Part shown: positions 25,106 through 38,475 of the stretch, one piece after another
How the letters are laid out: each line of letters starts with the position of its first letter
How positions within the stretch are numbered: position 1 is the stretch's first letter
From: Octopus vulgaris
Lineage: Eukaryota
DNA: 64,000 nt
Assembly (NCBI GenBank): GCA_951406725.2
Contig: OX597823.1
Span: 19,468,001 to 19,532,000 of the forward strand
Direction: 5' to 3'
Notes under the pieces: generated by a model
Database searches by the model: none
Seen by the model: only the letters and a program-made list of their open reading frames with translations
Told to the model about the DNA's origin: nothing
Made by a program: the position numbers and the translations under genes

Positions 25106-25774
25106 AGTACCAATGTAATATCTCCCACATTATACACAAATAGAAGTTACATGATTGATAACAACGAAAGAGGAGATCCCTATAACAAACATGTGACAGA
25201 CATCATTCATGGGATATCCAGTTGTTATAAAATAGTGGAAGTACATGTATCACATGATGACTACATATGAACATGAAATTGGTAACCATTGGTTAATATC
25301 GTATGGAGGCACAGAGAGGATAGTGGTGGTGCCGTAGTTTCAGAGTATAATCCTTCTGGAAATTCCCCACTCCCTTCCCACCCCACTGCCAATGATTTTT
25401 TTTTTCTTTCTGAAACTGCTTAAGAAAAAAAAAAAAAAACCCAAGTCAACTGGAGCAGTCTTGGAGGCAGGTTGAGATTTGAAGGGCCATGGGACTCAAC
25501 CTGTTTTGCAGACCAATACAATATAAAAGAAAGGAAACACAATCAAGTAAAAAAAAAAAATAAAAAAATAAATAAATAAATAAATAAAACAACAAAAAAC
25601 AAAAAGTGTGGTGAGGATACAACCCCAGGTTTTGTGTGCGAATGTGTGTATATGAGGACACACTGTAGCAGATTATGTGTGTCTATAGATGGATGGATGG
25701 ATGTGTGAAGTGGGAAGACTGCTACAGATTATGTGAGCATTTGTTTTGTGTAGACATAAAGTACATACTTCTGT

Positions 25775-26147
25775 AGGCGTAGGAGTGGCTGTGTGGTCAG
25801 TAGCTTGCTTACGAACCACATGGTTCCGGGTTCAGTCCCACTGCGTGGCACCTTGGGCAAGTGTCTTCTACTATAGCCTCGGGCCGACCAAAGCCTTGTG
25901 AGTGGACTTGGTAGATGGAAACTGAAAGAAGCCCGTCGTATATATGTGTGTATATGTATGTATGTGTGTGTGTTTGTTCCCCCCCCTCAACATTGCTTGA
26001 CAACCGATGCTGGTGGGTTTACGTCACCGTAACGTAGCAGTTCGGCAAAAGAGGACGATAAAATAAGTACTAGGCTTACAAAGAATAAGTCCTGCAGTCG
26101 ATTTGCTCCAGCATGGCCACAGTCAAATAACTGAAACAAGTAAGAGT
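25775..26147 (+). mobile_element. SINE family A
   Basis: Match to family A. Confidence 0.9.
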
Positions 26148-26377
26148 ATATTGTAGGTGTGTGGGTGTGTGAGAGATAGGAAGAAAGAGAAAGAGAAAGT
26201 GTGTGTGGTTTATATATTGGTAGCACCCATGTGCGTGTATGAGTGTATTATGCTGCATGTATACTTCCAGTTTCTGTATGTGTGTATGCATGCCTATTTG
26301 CATTTGTGTGCATGTGGGTGTGTGTGTGTATGCGTGCAAGCATGCACATGTAAAAATGGACAAAGGTCAAAACTTAC

Positions 26378-26531
26378 CATCCATGCAAGGTTCAAACTGA
26401 ACATCAGTCAGATCAATCCGGAAGAACCATTTACCAGGTGTACCAATATTGCTGCTCTGTGAGATATTGAGGGCAGATCGAGTTCCTTCGATTTGGTAAT
26501 GGGCAGCACCGTTTCCTGCATCAAGTCCAGC
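26378..26531 (-). CDS. Internal coding exon encoding the C-terminal part of a NIDO domain (nidogen/SNED1/tectorin/MUC4-like extracellular protein)
   Basis: Minus strand reads ttctttcag|GCTGGA...ATGGATG|gtaagt: strong acceptor and donor, 154 nt, phase 0 to phase 1, no stops. Translation AGLDAGNGAAHYQIEGTRSALNISQSSNIGTPGKWFFRIDLTDVQFEPCMD matches the NIDO C-terminal signature AGF.AG.G...SN.G.PG.W.FRID. It is missing from the ORF track. One exon is not enough to name the gene. Confidence 0.88.
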
Positions 26532-26811
26532 CTGAAAGAATTAACAAGACTTCTAGTAAGACGTTTGCTCCACTTGGTGTTGCAATATTGATTTTCTCAG
26601 AAACCGTTAGTTTCTGTGGAATACAAGTAAAATCTGGTATACATAAGTGTGTGAGTGTGTGTGTATTACAGTTAAGTAACCCTACCATTAATACCATTCC
26701 ATGGTTTCAAATCATTTTCAATGTACAAGAGTGTTAATCCAAGTGGCTATGGCCAGGTACAGATATGTGTGCATCTGGGTGTATATACATAAGAAAAACA
26801 AATCTTTATAT

Positions 26812-27222
26812 GGATCTTTTCGGTTTGAATGGCAGTTTTTAACATAATTTTTTCAGGTAACTAAAAAGTTTTAAACTTCGTATACTGGTAGAATGTGTTT
26901 ATAAAACATCTTTTTCTCTTGGCGTTATTGAGAAAATTCTATAGTTTGTAAGATATTTGTTGTTTTTTTCTTCAATTTCTGCAATTTCAACCAATCAGTG
27001 ACGTCTATTGAGCTAAAAAACATTCTGTGCCATATGAATATGTCCCTCGTTTAAGAAACAGATTTGGTTTATTTACATTTGTGAAGAAAAAAAGATACCC
27101 TTCCCCCACCCCTAACCCTAAAAGAGATTGAAATGCAATAGATCGATTCTAGGGTCATAATTATGGGTGACATTTTCATATGACACCGCTAGAAAAAACT
27201 ACCGCTCAAACCGAAAAGATCC
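26812..27222. mobile_element. MITE with GG-terminal TIRs and 8-bp TSD (Merlin-like)
   Basis: TIRs GGATCTTTTCGGTTTGA.../...TCAAACCGAAAAGATCC, flanks CTTTATAT / CTTTATAC. The superfamily is inferred from termini and TSD length. Confidence 0.75.
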
Positions 27223-28132
27223 CTTTATACATACATAGACTTATATAAGTTAGGATGAAAGTTGAAATGTACTTCTACACTTCAGGATCTCTCTTATGTT
27301 TATATCAAGTCCCCATTTACTACTCTCCCCTTATCTTCATTACTCTCTCATTTGTCTATCTTTGGTAGGTAGGTAGATGAATTTTGGATCTATCTTAACA
27401 CTGTGCCTCCTTGTTATTGCATTATCTCCCTCCCATTACATTGCCTGCATAATCCCGATGGCATTGGATCTGCCCTATTCTATTCTAACTCACCATTTGT
27501 ATTTTTATTGCTAACCATCATTCGGTGTGTCTATCTCCATTACTCTCTTCTCTAACAATCATTACTGACATGTCACTCTTACTATTACACAGCTTTATTA
27601 CTTCCATCACTGTCTCCGTCACACATTGATATCCACTACTCTTATAGTTTCCTCCTTCATTCAGACCATTCAGGTTTTCTATTCAACCTCCTTACCAACA
27701 ACCAGCATGTTGCTGTCTATCAATGGCTCTCCCCCATTATTTCGTACCATACTAGTTCTCCTCTCTAACTCTCCTCAATCCCTTGCCCTAGTTCTCTATT
27801 TCTCATTACTCTCCCTTCTATTCCCTTGGTTACGTTGCTTTAAGTGAATGGAGACAATATAGATTAAAGAGTATTCTTTAGCTTTGTGTAGGACAAGGCA
27901 ACACCTCTAGGGCTAGTGTCACAATAAAATGTACCCAGTGGTTGGCATAAGGAAGGGCATCCAACCACAGAAAACCTACCAAAATGGAATCCATCTAGAA
28001 GACCAGTAACTTTATCAGAATTTGGACTACCATGACCTGTCCAACTCATGCCAGGGTTGTAAATGTAAAATGATGATGATATATCTATAATAGATTCATA
28101 GACTGCATATGTTTACAAAAACAAAATCAGGG

Positions 28133-28174
<42 letters not shown>

Positions 28175-28468
28175 CAGAGTAGAGTGAAGATGTCTGTAAA
28201 ATGATATAGTCTATTAATGGATAATACATCATAACACAGAGCTTCAGATCATATATAGTCGAAGACTTGCTATGAACTAAGGTCATACGTTTCCCTTTAT
28301 ATTCTCCATCAGAAGCTGGATCTTACAGTTTATTCACCGAGTAGACTTGTATGATAGAACCAAATAATCCATAATTTATATGAATATTAGTTGAACACTT
28401 TTAAGGAGAAATACCTTAGAAAAGCTGACTGTGATGTACCCTGTGAAGTACAAATATGCCTTACTATG

Positions 28469-28508
<40 letters not shown>

Positions 28509-28519
28509 GACTCTCCCGT

Positions 28520-28790
28520 CATTAGACAGTGTATGAGAGTTCGACAATTTCTTACCAAACAACCACACAGATGATTTGTTTACAATGGTCAAATGTTTGT
28601 GTTCCGCTCCCTCCATCATATCGACATTACCTGTACAGGTGCAATGGGTGCCACACGTCAGCTGTCGAAATGATTGCAGAGCAATGTGAAATGAAGTGCT
28701 TTGCTCAAGAACACAACGCAATGGCTGGTCTGGGAATCGAACCTACGATCTCGCAATCATGAGTGCAACACTTTAACCACCAAGCCACGT
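28520..28790 (-). mobile_element. Family B-related SINE with a different 3' half
   Basis: tRNA-like head and core at 28680-28790, with a distinct tail. Confidence 0.7.
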
Positions 28791-29499
28791 AATATATATA
28801 TATATATAATGTTGATTGTAACTATATCAAACAGCAAGTATACAGAATAGAATGTAGTGATTTTAGAGAAGCACTTAATGTTGGGTATAGATTAGGGGTT
28901 GAAGTAGATGTCGTAGTGGAACTAACACAGTTCCTCAATAAAGGTGCTATATCCTTATTCTATACATTTACACCCTGATAAGCCTTCCTTGGCGAAACTT
29001 TGAAGTGAAAGTGACTCTTACAGAGGAAAAAAATATTTGATGCTACATAATTTAATAAGCACCTTCTTTAATTAATATTTGTTGTTCTTAAGTCATTTAG
29101 GAAACATTATTAAAATCTACATTTAATGTGTGTATGAAAATCTGGAAATAACGATGATATGAAATGGAAATGAATCCAAACAAATAAATAGGAACAAAAT
29201 TAAAGAAATCCTTAAGGAATAAAACCTTAGCTGTTCCAGAAAATATAAAGAGAAGATAAACTGAACTAAGATGTAAAAATCCTACTGTTTGCTAGTTTTC
29301 CTTGCAGTATGACAAAGAATACATAGATTTACTTTTAAATATTAATCAACTGACTGAAACAATTGGCAACTATTCCTTGTATTGTATCCTGCATGTCAGT
29401 TGAAACAAAAGAGGAACCAAGAAATTGGATTTCATCCTTGAATATCTTAATAGCAGTTAAACCTTAAGAGAACAGATGAACTAAGAACCAAGCAAAACC

Positions 29500-29760
29500 C
29501 AGATACAAAGGAAGAAATGGGGCTGGATGGGACAAAACCTATGGAATTTCGTTTCCAGTATTACAAGGCAAGCCCTCTGACAGACACCCCAAAGAAGACA
29601 TGAACACGGCAGATTAACATGGACAAGGTTCACAGAAACTGAAGCACTGATAGGCAGCTACACCAGGGGACAATTGCAATCTATTGCCAATGATCAAGAT
29701 AGATGGAGATCTGTTGTTAGTGTCCTATGCTCCACGTGGAGTTAAAGGATTAAAAAAGAA
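29500..29760 (+). mobile_element. Degenerate RTE-clade LINE 3' fragment
   Basis: My translation from 29503: IQRKKWGWMGQNL..SITRQAL*QTPQRRHEHGRLTWTRF..GQLQSIANDQDRWRSVVSVLCS, resembling the RTE C-terminus (W.W.GH.LR...ITRQAL.W.P.G.R..GR...TW...A.DR..WR..V..LC). One in-frame stop. Confidence 0.8.
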
Positions 29761-31050
29761 AAAGAAAAGGAGACATAAAATGGTTGTCTCTGATGTGGGA
29801 ATTCACAACTCCTAGTGCTAGGAGTTCTTTAGGTCTTGTTAGTTCAGTGTGACTAAGGTCCTAATTTGTCCCTCAGTGGTTTGGGTGATGCTTGCTGGGA
29901 ACATGTTAGGGACAGTAAGATTTGGAAGGGCAGATTAGTCTTCACTGAATAAAATCTTACTGTGTTTCACTGTTTTGGCGGATTGAGACACAATAAGCTT
30001 GACATGGAGAAGTTTGTTTATTAAGGGTCACCTCCAGTTTACTAATCTAGATGAGGAAGAGGACAACAATAATGATGGTAATGCTTGTGGTATTGTTGCT
30101 GTTGTTATTCTTGTTAGCTCTATTTGATAGATCAGAGGAACAAAAGCAGCTGGAATGGTGGTAAAAGAAACAATATATTTATAAGCTAATGGTTGTAGCA
30201 TTTGCTGTAGTTTAGCTCTGATCCAGCAAGACATAAAAGAGATAAAAGTTGTCCCTGCTGTGACTATCCCATTTTCTTTTCAGGCAAAATGCATTTCAGA
30301 CTACATTATCCAGGTGTCCATATTTTTTTCCCAACAGGTAGAGTGTGATGTTGAGGGAGATCTGGCTATTACCCTGAGTAAACTGAGCAACCACACAGAG
30401 GTTCATTCACTACAGAATGTTGTCTATCCTTTGGATGGCATTTTATGGTAACCCGTCTAGGTGGATTTTGTTTCTGTGTGAGAGTAACAGTCCCGAAATA
30501 AGTTACAATTGAAGTTTTAAGAGGGTTAGTAATTGATCAGAACTGAAGATTTTAACCTTCTGGAAGAGGAAGAAGTCAAGCCCTCACAATTCAGTCTTGA
30601 GTTACTAACAGCCTCTTAGTCTTAACTCTAATATTTGAACTTTGTGGAGAATGAGGAGATGATCAGAACTGAAATATTTTCTAGAAGAGAGAAAGTCGAG
30701 GCTTTTGAATGCAGTCGTGGATGTTTGTGCGTGTAACAACTGTTAAATCAAGCTTTGTACGGGGTCAACAGTTAACTGTTTAGGGAGCTTGAAGAAGCCC
30801 AACGTTCAGAATGCACTCATCACTCTTGGTTTCTACTGATCAGATATATAGTATTGCAGTGTGCTTGAATGCGTTATCAGTGTGGTATTCATGAACAGAA
30901 AGGGCATAAGTTATAGAATTATTTTCTAGTTTATGTGTAATGATTGTGATTTAGGTTAATAATGCTGAAAGAGACTGACTGAGTTGTCATGTGTTAGCTG
31001 CAGAACATTCTCAAAGATCTTTGTTCATGGAAATAGTACAGGCCTGATCT

Positions 31051-31435
31051 GGAGGCACAATGGCCCAGTGGTTAGGGCAGCAGACTCGCGGTCGTAGGAT
31101 CGCGGTTTCGATTCCCAGACTGGGCGTTGTGAGTGTTTATTGAGCGAAAACACCTAAAGCTCCACGAGGTTCCGGCAGGGATGGTGGTGATCCCTGCTGT
31201 ATTCTTTCACCACAACCTTCTCTCACTCTTACTTCCTGTTTCTGTTGTACCTGTATTTCAAAGGGCCGGCCTTGTCACTCTCTGTGTCACGCTGAATATC
31301 CCCGAGAACTACGTTAAGGGTACACACGTCTGTGGAGTGCTCAGCCACTTACACGTTAATTTCACGAGTAGGCTGTTCCGTTGATTCGGATCAACCGGAA
31401 CCCTCGTCGTCGTAACCGACGGAGTGCTTCTATCC
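31051..31435 (+). mobile_element. tRNA-derived SINE, family C, young insertion
   Basis: GGAGGCACAATGGCCCAGTGGTTAGGG head, GTTTCGATTCCC B box. Perfect 13-bp TSD ACAGGCCTGATCT at 31038-31050 and 31436-31448. Confidence 0.9.
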
Positions 31436-33189
31436 ACAGGCCTGATCTAAGATGTTCAGATCGTGTGTTGAAAGTTGCACAATGTTTAAAGGGAAAAATC
31501 ATTACACTGAAATATATTTTTGTTCATTTGATTTTATCTAAACCTTATCTTATCTTTTCAGTTAATTATGAAGGTTAGAAAGACCTATTTATACTTTTTT
31601 TATCTACAAGCAGACATAACTAAGTGCAAGCATTGATATGTGGTTAAGAAGTTTGCTTCCTAACCATGCAGTTTTCCATTCAATCCCAGTGCATGGCACC
31701 TCAGGCTCAAGCCGACCAAAGCCTAGTGAATGGGTTTGGTAGACAGAAATCAGTCATATATGTATGTTTTTTTAATCTTTTTTTCTCTTGAAAGCACGTA
31801 ATAGACACACACACACACACACACAAACACATGAAAGTCACTGCCATAGAAGTAGTGGCCCTTATTTCCAGTCTTGAAAACATGTCTGGCAACAGGAAGG
31901 GATTTTGGCTATAGAAAATTTGCTTCAGAAAATGTCTCCAAATACATTATTGGAGCTTAGCTTATTTACAGTGGAAGGATACGAAAGTGAAGCTGGTTTT
32001 CATAAGATTTGAACTCAAAACAATGCAAGACGGGATTAGTAATTTGTAAGAATTGATTCTGGAAGTAAGTTCTAAAAACAAGCAATGTGGTACAATGAAA
32101 TACACAATGAGAAATAATGTGTAGTTAAGTGCTTGAGGAGACCTATTGAGTCAAGTACATCAACATCAAAATAAAAATCAAATGGAAATTCTCGTTGTGA
32201 TACCCATGCTGGTGGCACGTAAAGAGCACCATCCGAACGTGGCCGATGCCAGCACTGCCTTGACTAGCTTCCATGCCGGTGGCACGTAAAAAGCACCAAC
32301 CAATCATGGCCATTGCCAGCCTCCCTTGGCACGTAAAGAGCACCCACTACACTCACGGAGTGTAGTGATTTTATATTACACAGCCACTCCTGCGCCTATA
32401 TATATATATATATATATATACATATATATTTGCACAAGGACCTAGAAATTTTTGGTCTGAAGCCAAGGGTAAGGCAAATGGAGAACTCTAATAGAAGAGC
32501 TTCAGATATGTTGTTTATTGAGCTTGTAGCAAACATTGGAATTAACTTTCTGTTATCAGCATTTTCCAAAGGCATGGCTGCTGCTACATAAGCCTTCACC
32601 ACTGAAAACAAACCATCTTTGTGGGAAGTCTAATGGCCAAAATATAGGCTGTGAGATACTCCACATATGTCAAAGTTGATAAAAGAACTTTCTCTATACA
32701 TACACACATACATATAAGTAATTATTTGGACTTTGGGTGTATGTCTATTAGTATGCTGATTAAGGCCCATTCGCTGTTTTGGGCTATCTGATGTCATTCA
32801 GTTACAGTATAACTTTCACTGGATCTACATCAGGAAATTAGCAGTGAATGTTGGGTTTATAATGGGTTTATAGATGAGGGAAATGGAAAATGGATTTGGT
32901 ATGATAAATATATACATATACATACACACATCTACATATATATACACACATATACATATATACACACATATACATATATATACACACACACATCTATACA
33001 TATATATCCACTCATACATACACATATACATACATATATATATACACATACATACATACACACACATATATATACATACATATGTATATGCGTGTGTTCA
33101 GCTTTTGCTGACTGACCTTCAAAATTCATGTTTGTAGTGATCAAATGCATTCGCTGAACATTAGCTCACTGCCTCCATCAAATCGATGT

Positions 33190-33660
33190 TGTGTGAACGA
33201 TGTACCACACGCCAGGTGTTGAAGTGAGGTGAACGATGTACCACACGTGAGGTGTTGAAGTGAGGTGCACGATGTACCACACGTCAGGTGTTGAAGTGAG
33301 GTGCACGATGTACCCCATGTCAGGTGTTGAAGTCAGGTGCATGATGCACCACACGTCAGGTGTTGAAGTGAGGTGCACGATGTACCACACGCCAGGTGTT
33401 GAAGTGAGGTGCACGATGTGCCACACGTCAGGTGTTGAAGTGAGGAGCACGATGTACCACACGTCAGGTGTTGAAGTGAGGAGCACGATGTACCACATGT
33501 CAGGTGTTGAAGTGAGGTGCACGATGTACCACACGTCAGGTGTTGAAGTGAGGTGCACGATGTACCACACGTCAGGTGTTGAATTGAGGTGCACGATGTA
33601 CCACACTTCAGGTGTTGAAGTGAGGAGCACGATATACCACACGTCAGGTATTGAAGTGAT
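33190..33660. repeat. 36-bp minisatellite (about 13 copies) inside a SINE
   Basis: Unit GTGAGGTGCACGATGTACCACACGTCAGGTGTTGAA, continuing into SINE sequence homologous to 28635-28790. Confidence 0.9.
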
Positions 33661-35053
33661 TGCAGAGCAATGCAAGATGAAGGGTTTTGCTGAAGAATGC
33701 AATGTACCACCCAGTCTAGGAATTGAAACTGTGTGATTGTGAGTGCAACACCCTAACCACTATATAATATACTTCTTTTTTTTTTTTATTTGTTTCAGTC
33801 ATTAGACTGCGGCCATGCTGGAGCACTGCCTTGAAGAAATTTAGTCAAACGAGTCAACTCCAGTACTTTTTCCGTTGGTCTGTTGCTAAGTTACAGGGAC
33901 ACAAACACACACACATATATATGTAAATATATGTGACGATCTTCTTTAAGTGGATTATACAGATTTCCATTTACCAAATCCACTTGTAAGGCTTTGGTTG
34001 ACCCAAGGACAATAGAAAACACGTGCCCAAGGAGCCACGCAGTGGGAAGCAAACGAATGATCACACAACCATGTTTACCCCTACACACACACATACATAA
34101 ACATATACACACAAACACAAAATTATTTTACACAGTTCATAGAATGACCGACTAACTAACCTCTTCTGCTGTGCAGGAGGTGTCAAACAGGTTTGGAACC
34201 TGCTTTTTTTTTGTGTACTGACCTACAAAGGTTACATGTACGTGTACATGTACGTGCACACATACACACGCATCCATCCAAGTACACGTATAGATACTCA
34301 AACATACAAACATAAATATAATACACTAATGAATATAAACACGCAACCCCTCCCCTCTGCCAATGTAAAAACACATACAAATGTAGGGAGATTAACAAAA
34401 TTGTATATATTACTGATAACAGATTATTTGTGGCTGGTTCCACACACACACACACACACACTATTATACAACGATGGTTGTCGTAACTTTCTCCTTACCA
34501 TCACCAATACCATATTTGGATATGACCTACTACAGCAGAATATTTTCTAGAACAATGCTAAAACAAAAAAACACAACTATGACATCACAATACCCCATGG
34601 TGGGAGATAATGGTTGATGGGGAGAGTTCTATGCGGTTGCCAATTAAATGCAGGCTAACCCCCTGCTGTCTTTAATTTGGAGAGGGTTAGCTTCCATGTA
34701 ATAACTTGACCAACTCAATGTAACAAGCAGGTCTCCCAAGGGATCAGCTAAACAAGTGTATGTGTGTGTGCATGCTTCTGTGTAATTGCTTCACAAGCAC
34801 CATGCTGCAACAAAATATCTTTCAATAAATTCTCTTGAGTCTATATAAGTCAGGAGGGCGAGAGAGAGAGAGAGAGTGAAAGGGAAACAGAGAGAGAGAG
34901 AGGGGGAGAATGAGGGTAAGAAAGAGTGAGACAGAGTGTGTGTGTGTGAGAGAGAGAGGGTGAGAGAGTTATGTAGTTATTTGATCAGTTCTTCTATGCT
35001 GATGTTAACTGCGAAATCACTCAACAGAGTCCTTTAAAATAATAAAAGCCATA

Positions 35054-35735
35054 TCTATATAGCAAATGTGTAATGGTGTCTGTCTGTTTGTGTGTGTTTG
35101 GGGTTACTCTAACTCCTCCCACACCGTCCAACTGATTTTAACAATTTTTGGCACATAGGAAGATTACATGCCCTGCAGTTCAAAAAAGGCCAGAATTTTT
35201 CGAAAACTCAATAATGATCAGTTGGCATCGATTTTTGTGAGCTCAATCGGTTGTCTGAATGGAAATTCCCATAACGATGTTATTTTTCCTGCAGCTTTTG
35301 TATTTTTTTGTCCGATTTTGACGAAAATCGATAAGTGAGTTAATGTCAGTATATGGCTGCACCATTGAACACATTGTCGTCAGCTGCAAAAACTCTGCTC
35401 TGTCAACAAAACTCTGTTGCCTGCTCTGACCATTTTTCCTCCGCCTACCACACATCTACTCATCTTGCAACAGCCTGCCAAGCCAGATATAACATCTTAG
35501 TTATATGGGTAATAGTTGGCATGAGGAGCGTACAAGATTTCAATACAAGGTCAGAGGTGGGCTTAACTTCAACACAGAAAACACAAGCAACACTGGGTTC
35601 AACAGCTGGTACTTTACATAAAAACAACAAATTTAAAGCATTATCCCTCAATCTAGACATTAAATTTTGACCAAATTACCATGCATGGCAAATCCTTACA
35701 ATGGACAGATTGAATTTTACTTATTCAATGTCAAC
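35054..35735 (+). mobile_element. Helitron-like element 5' portion, right end uncertain
   Basis: A|TCTATAT start followed by TGTCTGTCTGT. No CTAG end found before a SINE fragment. Confidence 0.4.
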
Positions 35736-35871
35736 AACTTAGCAGTTTGGCAAAAGAGGCTGATAGAATAAGTACTAGGCTTACAAAGAATAAGTCCTGG
35801 GGTCAATTTGCTCGACTAAAAGGTGGTGCTCCAGCATGGCCACAGTCAAATGACTGAAACAAGTAAAAGAG

Positions 35872-35920
<49 letters not shown>

Positions 35921-36029
35921 AGTGGTCCAAAAGTAGGGTTATCTCTTTTGCATTCATTCTAGTATATCCTCAGGTCTACCAAAGCCTTGTGAGTGGATTT
36001 GGTAGAAGGAAACTGAAAGAAGCCTGTTG

Positions 36030-36090
<61 letters not shown>

Positions 36091-36745
36091 ATATGTTTGT
36101 GTGTCTATGCTTGTCCCCCACCAACATCACTTGATAACTGATGCTAGTGTGTTGGCATCCTCATCACTTACTCACTTAGCAGTTCGGCAAGAGAGACCAA
36201 TACAATAAGTACTAGGCTTTTATTTGTTTCAGTCATTTGAGGCTAAAGTAGAGGACATTTGCCCATGGAACCCTATTTTTGGGAAGCAAGCTCCTTACTT
36301 CTTTGACTTTGAGAAACAAAGAGACAAAACAGGTAAGGGGATATAAACGATGGTGAGTGAGAATTCCCCAGCTAGCAAATAGCAGTGGCGGGTGGGGGGC
36401 AGCAACAGATCTTCATTGGCAGACACGACATTCTCTACTGTACAGGTGATACCTACCTAGAAGAATGTCAGGTAACATTTTAATTTTCAAACTGAAATAT
36501 GTGCAAGTCATACATGGGTTCCATACATATACATATTCTTACAAAGCACCTAACACATACACTACACACATTCTTTCACTACACACACTTCAAAATAGTC
36601 AGACGTGTACGAACACTCTCTTTTTCCCAATGCACATGCAATCTCTCTTCCCTATACGCACATCCACACATGCTTTTCTTTCTCAAGTTTCCGACACATG
36701 CACACATATATACTTTACATAACACACACACACACACACATGTAC

Positions 36746-37060
36746 TCTTTTACTTGTTTCAGTCATCTGACTGCGGCCATGTTGGAGCACTGCCTTTAGT
36801 CGAGCAAATCGACCCCGGGACTTATTCTTTGTAAGCCTAGTACTTATTCTATCGGTCTCTTTTGCCGAACCGCTAAGTGACGGGAACGTAAGCACACCAG
36901 CATCGGTTGTCAAGCAATGTTGGGGGGACAAACACACACATATATATATATACATATATATGAAGGGCTTTTTTCAGTTTCTATCTACCAAATCCATTCA
37001 CAAGGCTTTGGTCGGCCTGAGGCTATAGTAGAAGACACTTGCCCAAGGTGCCACGCAGTG
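36746..37060 (-). mobile_element. SINE family A, 5' truncated
   Basis: Reverse-complement match. Confidence 0.85.
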
Positions 37061-38252
37061 TAGATACATTCTTTTCACAATACACATATTTTTCTCTTCT
37101 TTCATAAAACAAAATGCATTCACACACCACACATTTGTATATTGCAGGCATGGCCATGTGGTAGGAAAACTGTTTCCCATTCATGTGGTTCCATGTTCAG
37201 TCACTCATATTTTCTTTCCACAACACATACATATATATATATACATGTAGATGCATGCAAAGATACATTTTCCCCCCCAAAAAACACATTGAAAATACTT
37301 GAATTCCACATAACAGCACATCATCATCACCACTACCAAACATATCAAACCTTCCAACATAGGTAAAGTCCATTGTTCAGAGGATGTTCCATTATAACAA
37401 AGGTAAATTCCACTGCTTTCCAGGTAAATGCAGTTTTTACACATGTGTAAAGTGCTTTATCATTATTATTATTAACATAATGGGTCATAAATCCTTGATT
37501 TTTGTGAAGAGTAGTGGTAGGAGTAGCTTTAGCAGAAGAAGTGTATCCAGCATTAATAACAGACAAGTTCGTTCACTTTAGACAGAGGAGATCCATGGTT
37601 TTTGCACAGCCGGGCAAGTCCATTATATAGGCAAGTCCATTGTAGTTACATAGGCAAATAAATCCATCATGGATGGAAGTCAGTCTGGACAGATCCATTT
37701 TCCTTTTTAAAGAAGTGAAAAAAAAATCCATTTTGATTTCAAATTTTGACACAAGGCCAGCAATAACAGTAAATCCATAATGCTTAAATCTTGCACTTGT
37801 GTGTTTATGCACACATTAGTATGCATGTACAAACTTTGATGAAGTGGTGTTATTTTCCAATGTTTTTTTTTTATTTATGTTATTGCATGAATATATGGTA
37901 TTTCTTTGTTTAATAGTTTTCATTTCATATCATGTTTTTGTATTTAGTTTATCAACACTTGTGTTGAAACAGAATTTGTTGTATCTTAGGAGGGTCATTA
38001 TGCCAATAAATACACTTGCATTGGTTCCGTTTCACTTCTTTATTCTTATTAGTCAACTGGTTAGTCATTTAATCAGTCAACCAATCAGCTAACTCTCTCA
38101 AGGATGTGATTGGTAATTTTTAAAAATTTTATTTTATTTTATCTAGTTTCAGCTCACGAGCTGGGGCACTGCCATTAATGAAAGGATTTTGAAAAAAAAA
38201 AACCTGATTGATTGACTAACTGAATGATTAATAAAAAAAATCAATTAGTTAA

Positions 38253-38475
38253 CCCTTTTGTTACTATACTTCTGTTGAGATGCTCTGTGTTTCTTTTAAT
38301 TAATTTTAAATATAACAAATAATTTAGTAAAATAACTTCATTATCATTAAGCTAGTGATAAGAACATAAAATTTTGACTAAGGTTTGGTGGAAGATTTTA
38401 ATTCAGAACTTTTGAAAACAAAACTTTTGTACTACTGAGCCATGGGCAGTTTCAGGCTGGTTGGTATCAAAAGTG
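38253..38475 (-). mobile_element. piggyBac-type MITE, inverted copy of the 5073-5293 family
   Basis: TTAA flanks, similar to the reverse complement of 5073-5293. Confidence 0.75.

Noticed and set aside
27108-27121. CCCTAACCCTAA telomere-like motif
   Set aside because: Only two units, internal to a MITE.
31051-31125. tRNA-like sequence
   Set aside because: SINE head followed by a body and flanked by a TSD, with no complete cloverleaf.
33178-33736. Long ORFs with 12-aa repeats; superficially CRISPR-like 36-bp periodicity
   Set aside because: Pure tandem repeat without unique spacers, derived from a SINE, in a eukaryotic context.
34161-34222. Possible 62-nt minus-strand exon (tttgtag...gttagt)
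   Set aside because: Peptides are unrecognisable, the donor is moderate, and it does not fit the NIDO sequence.
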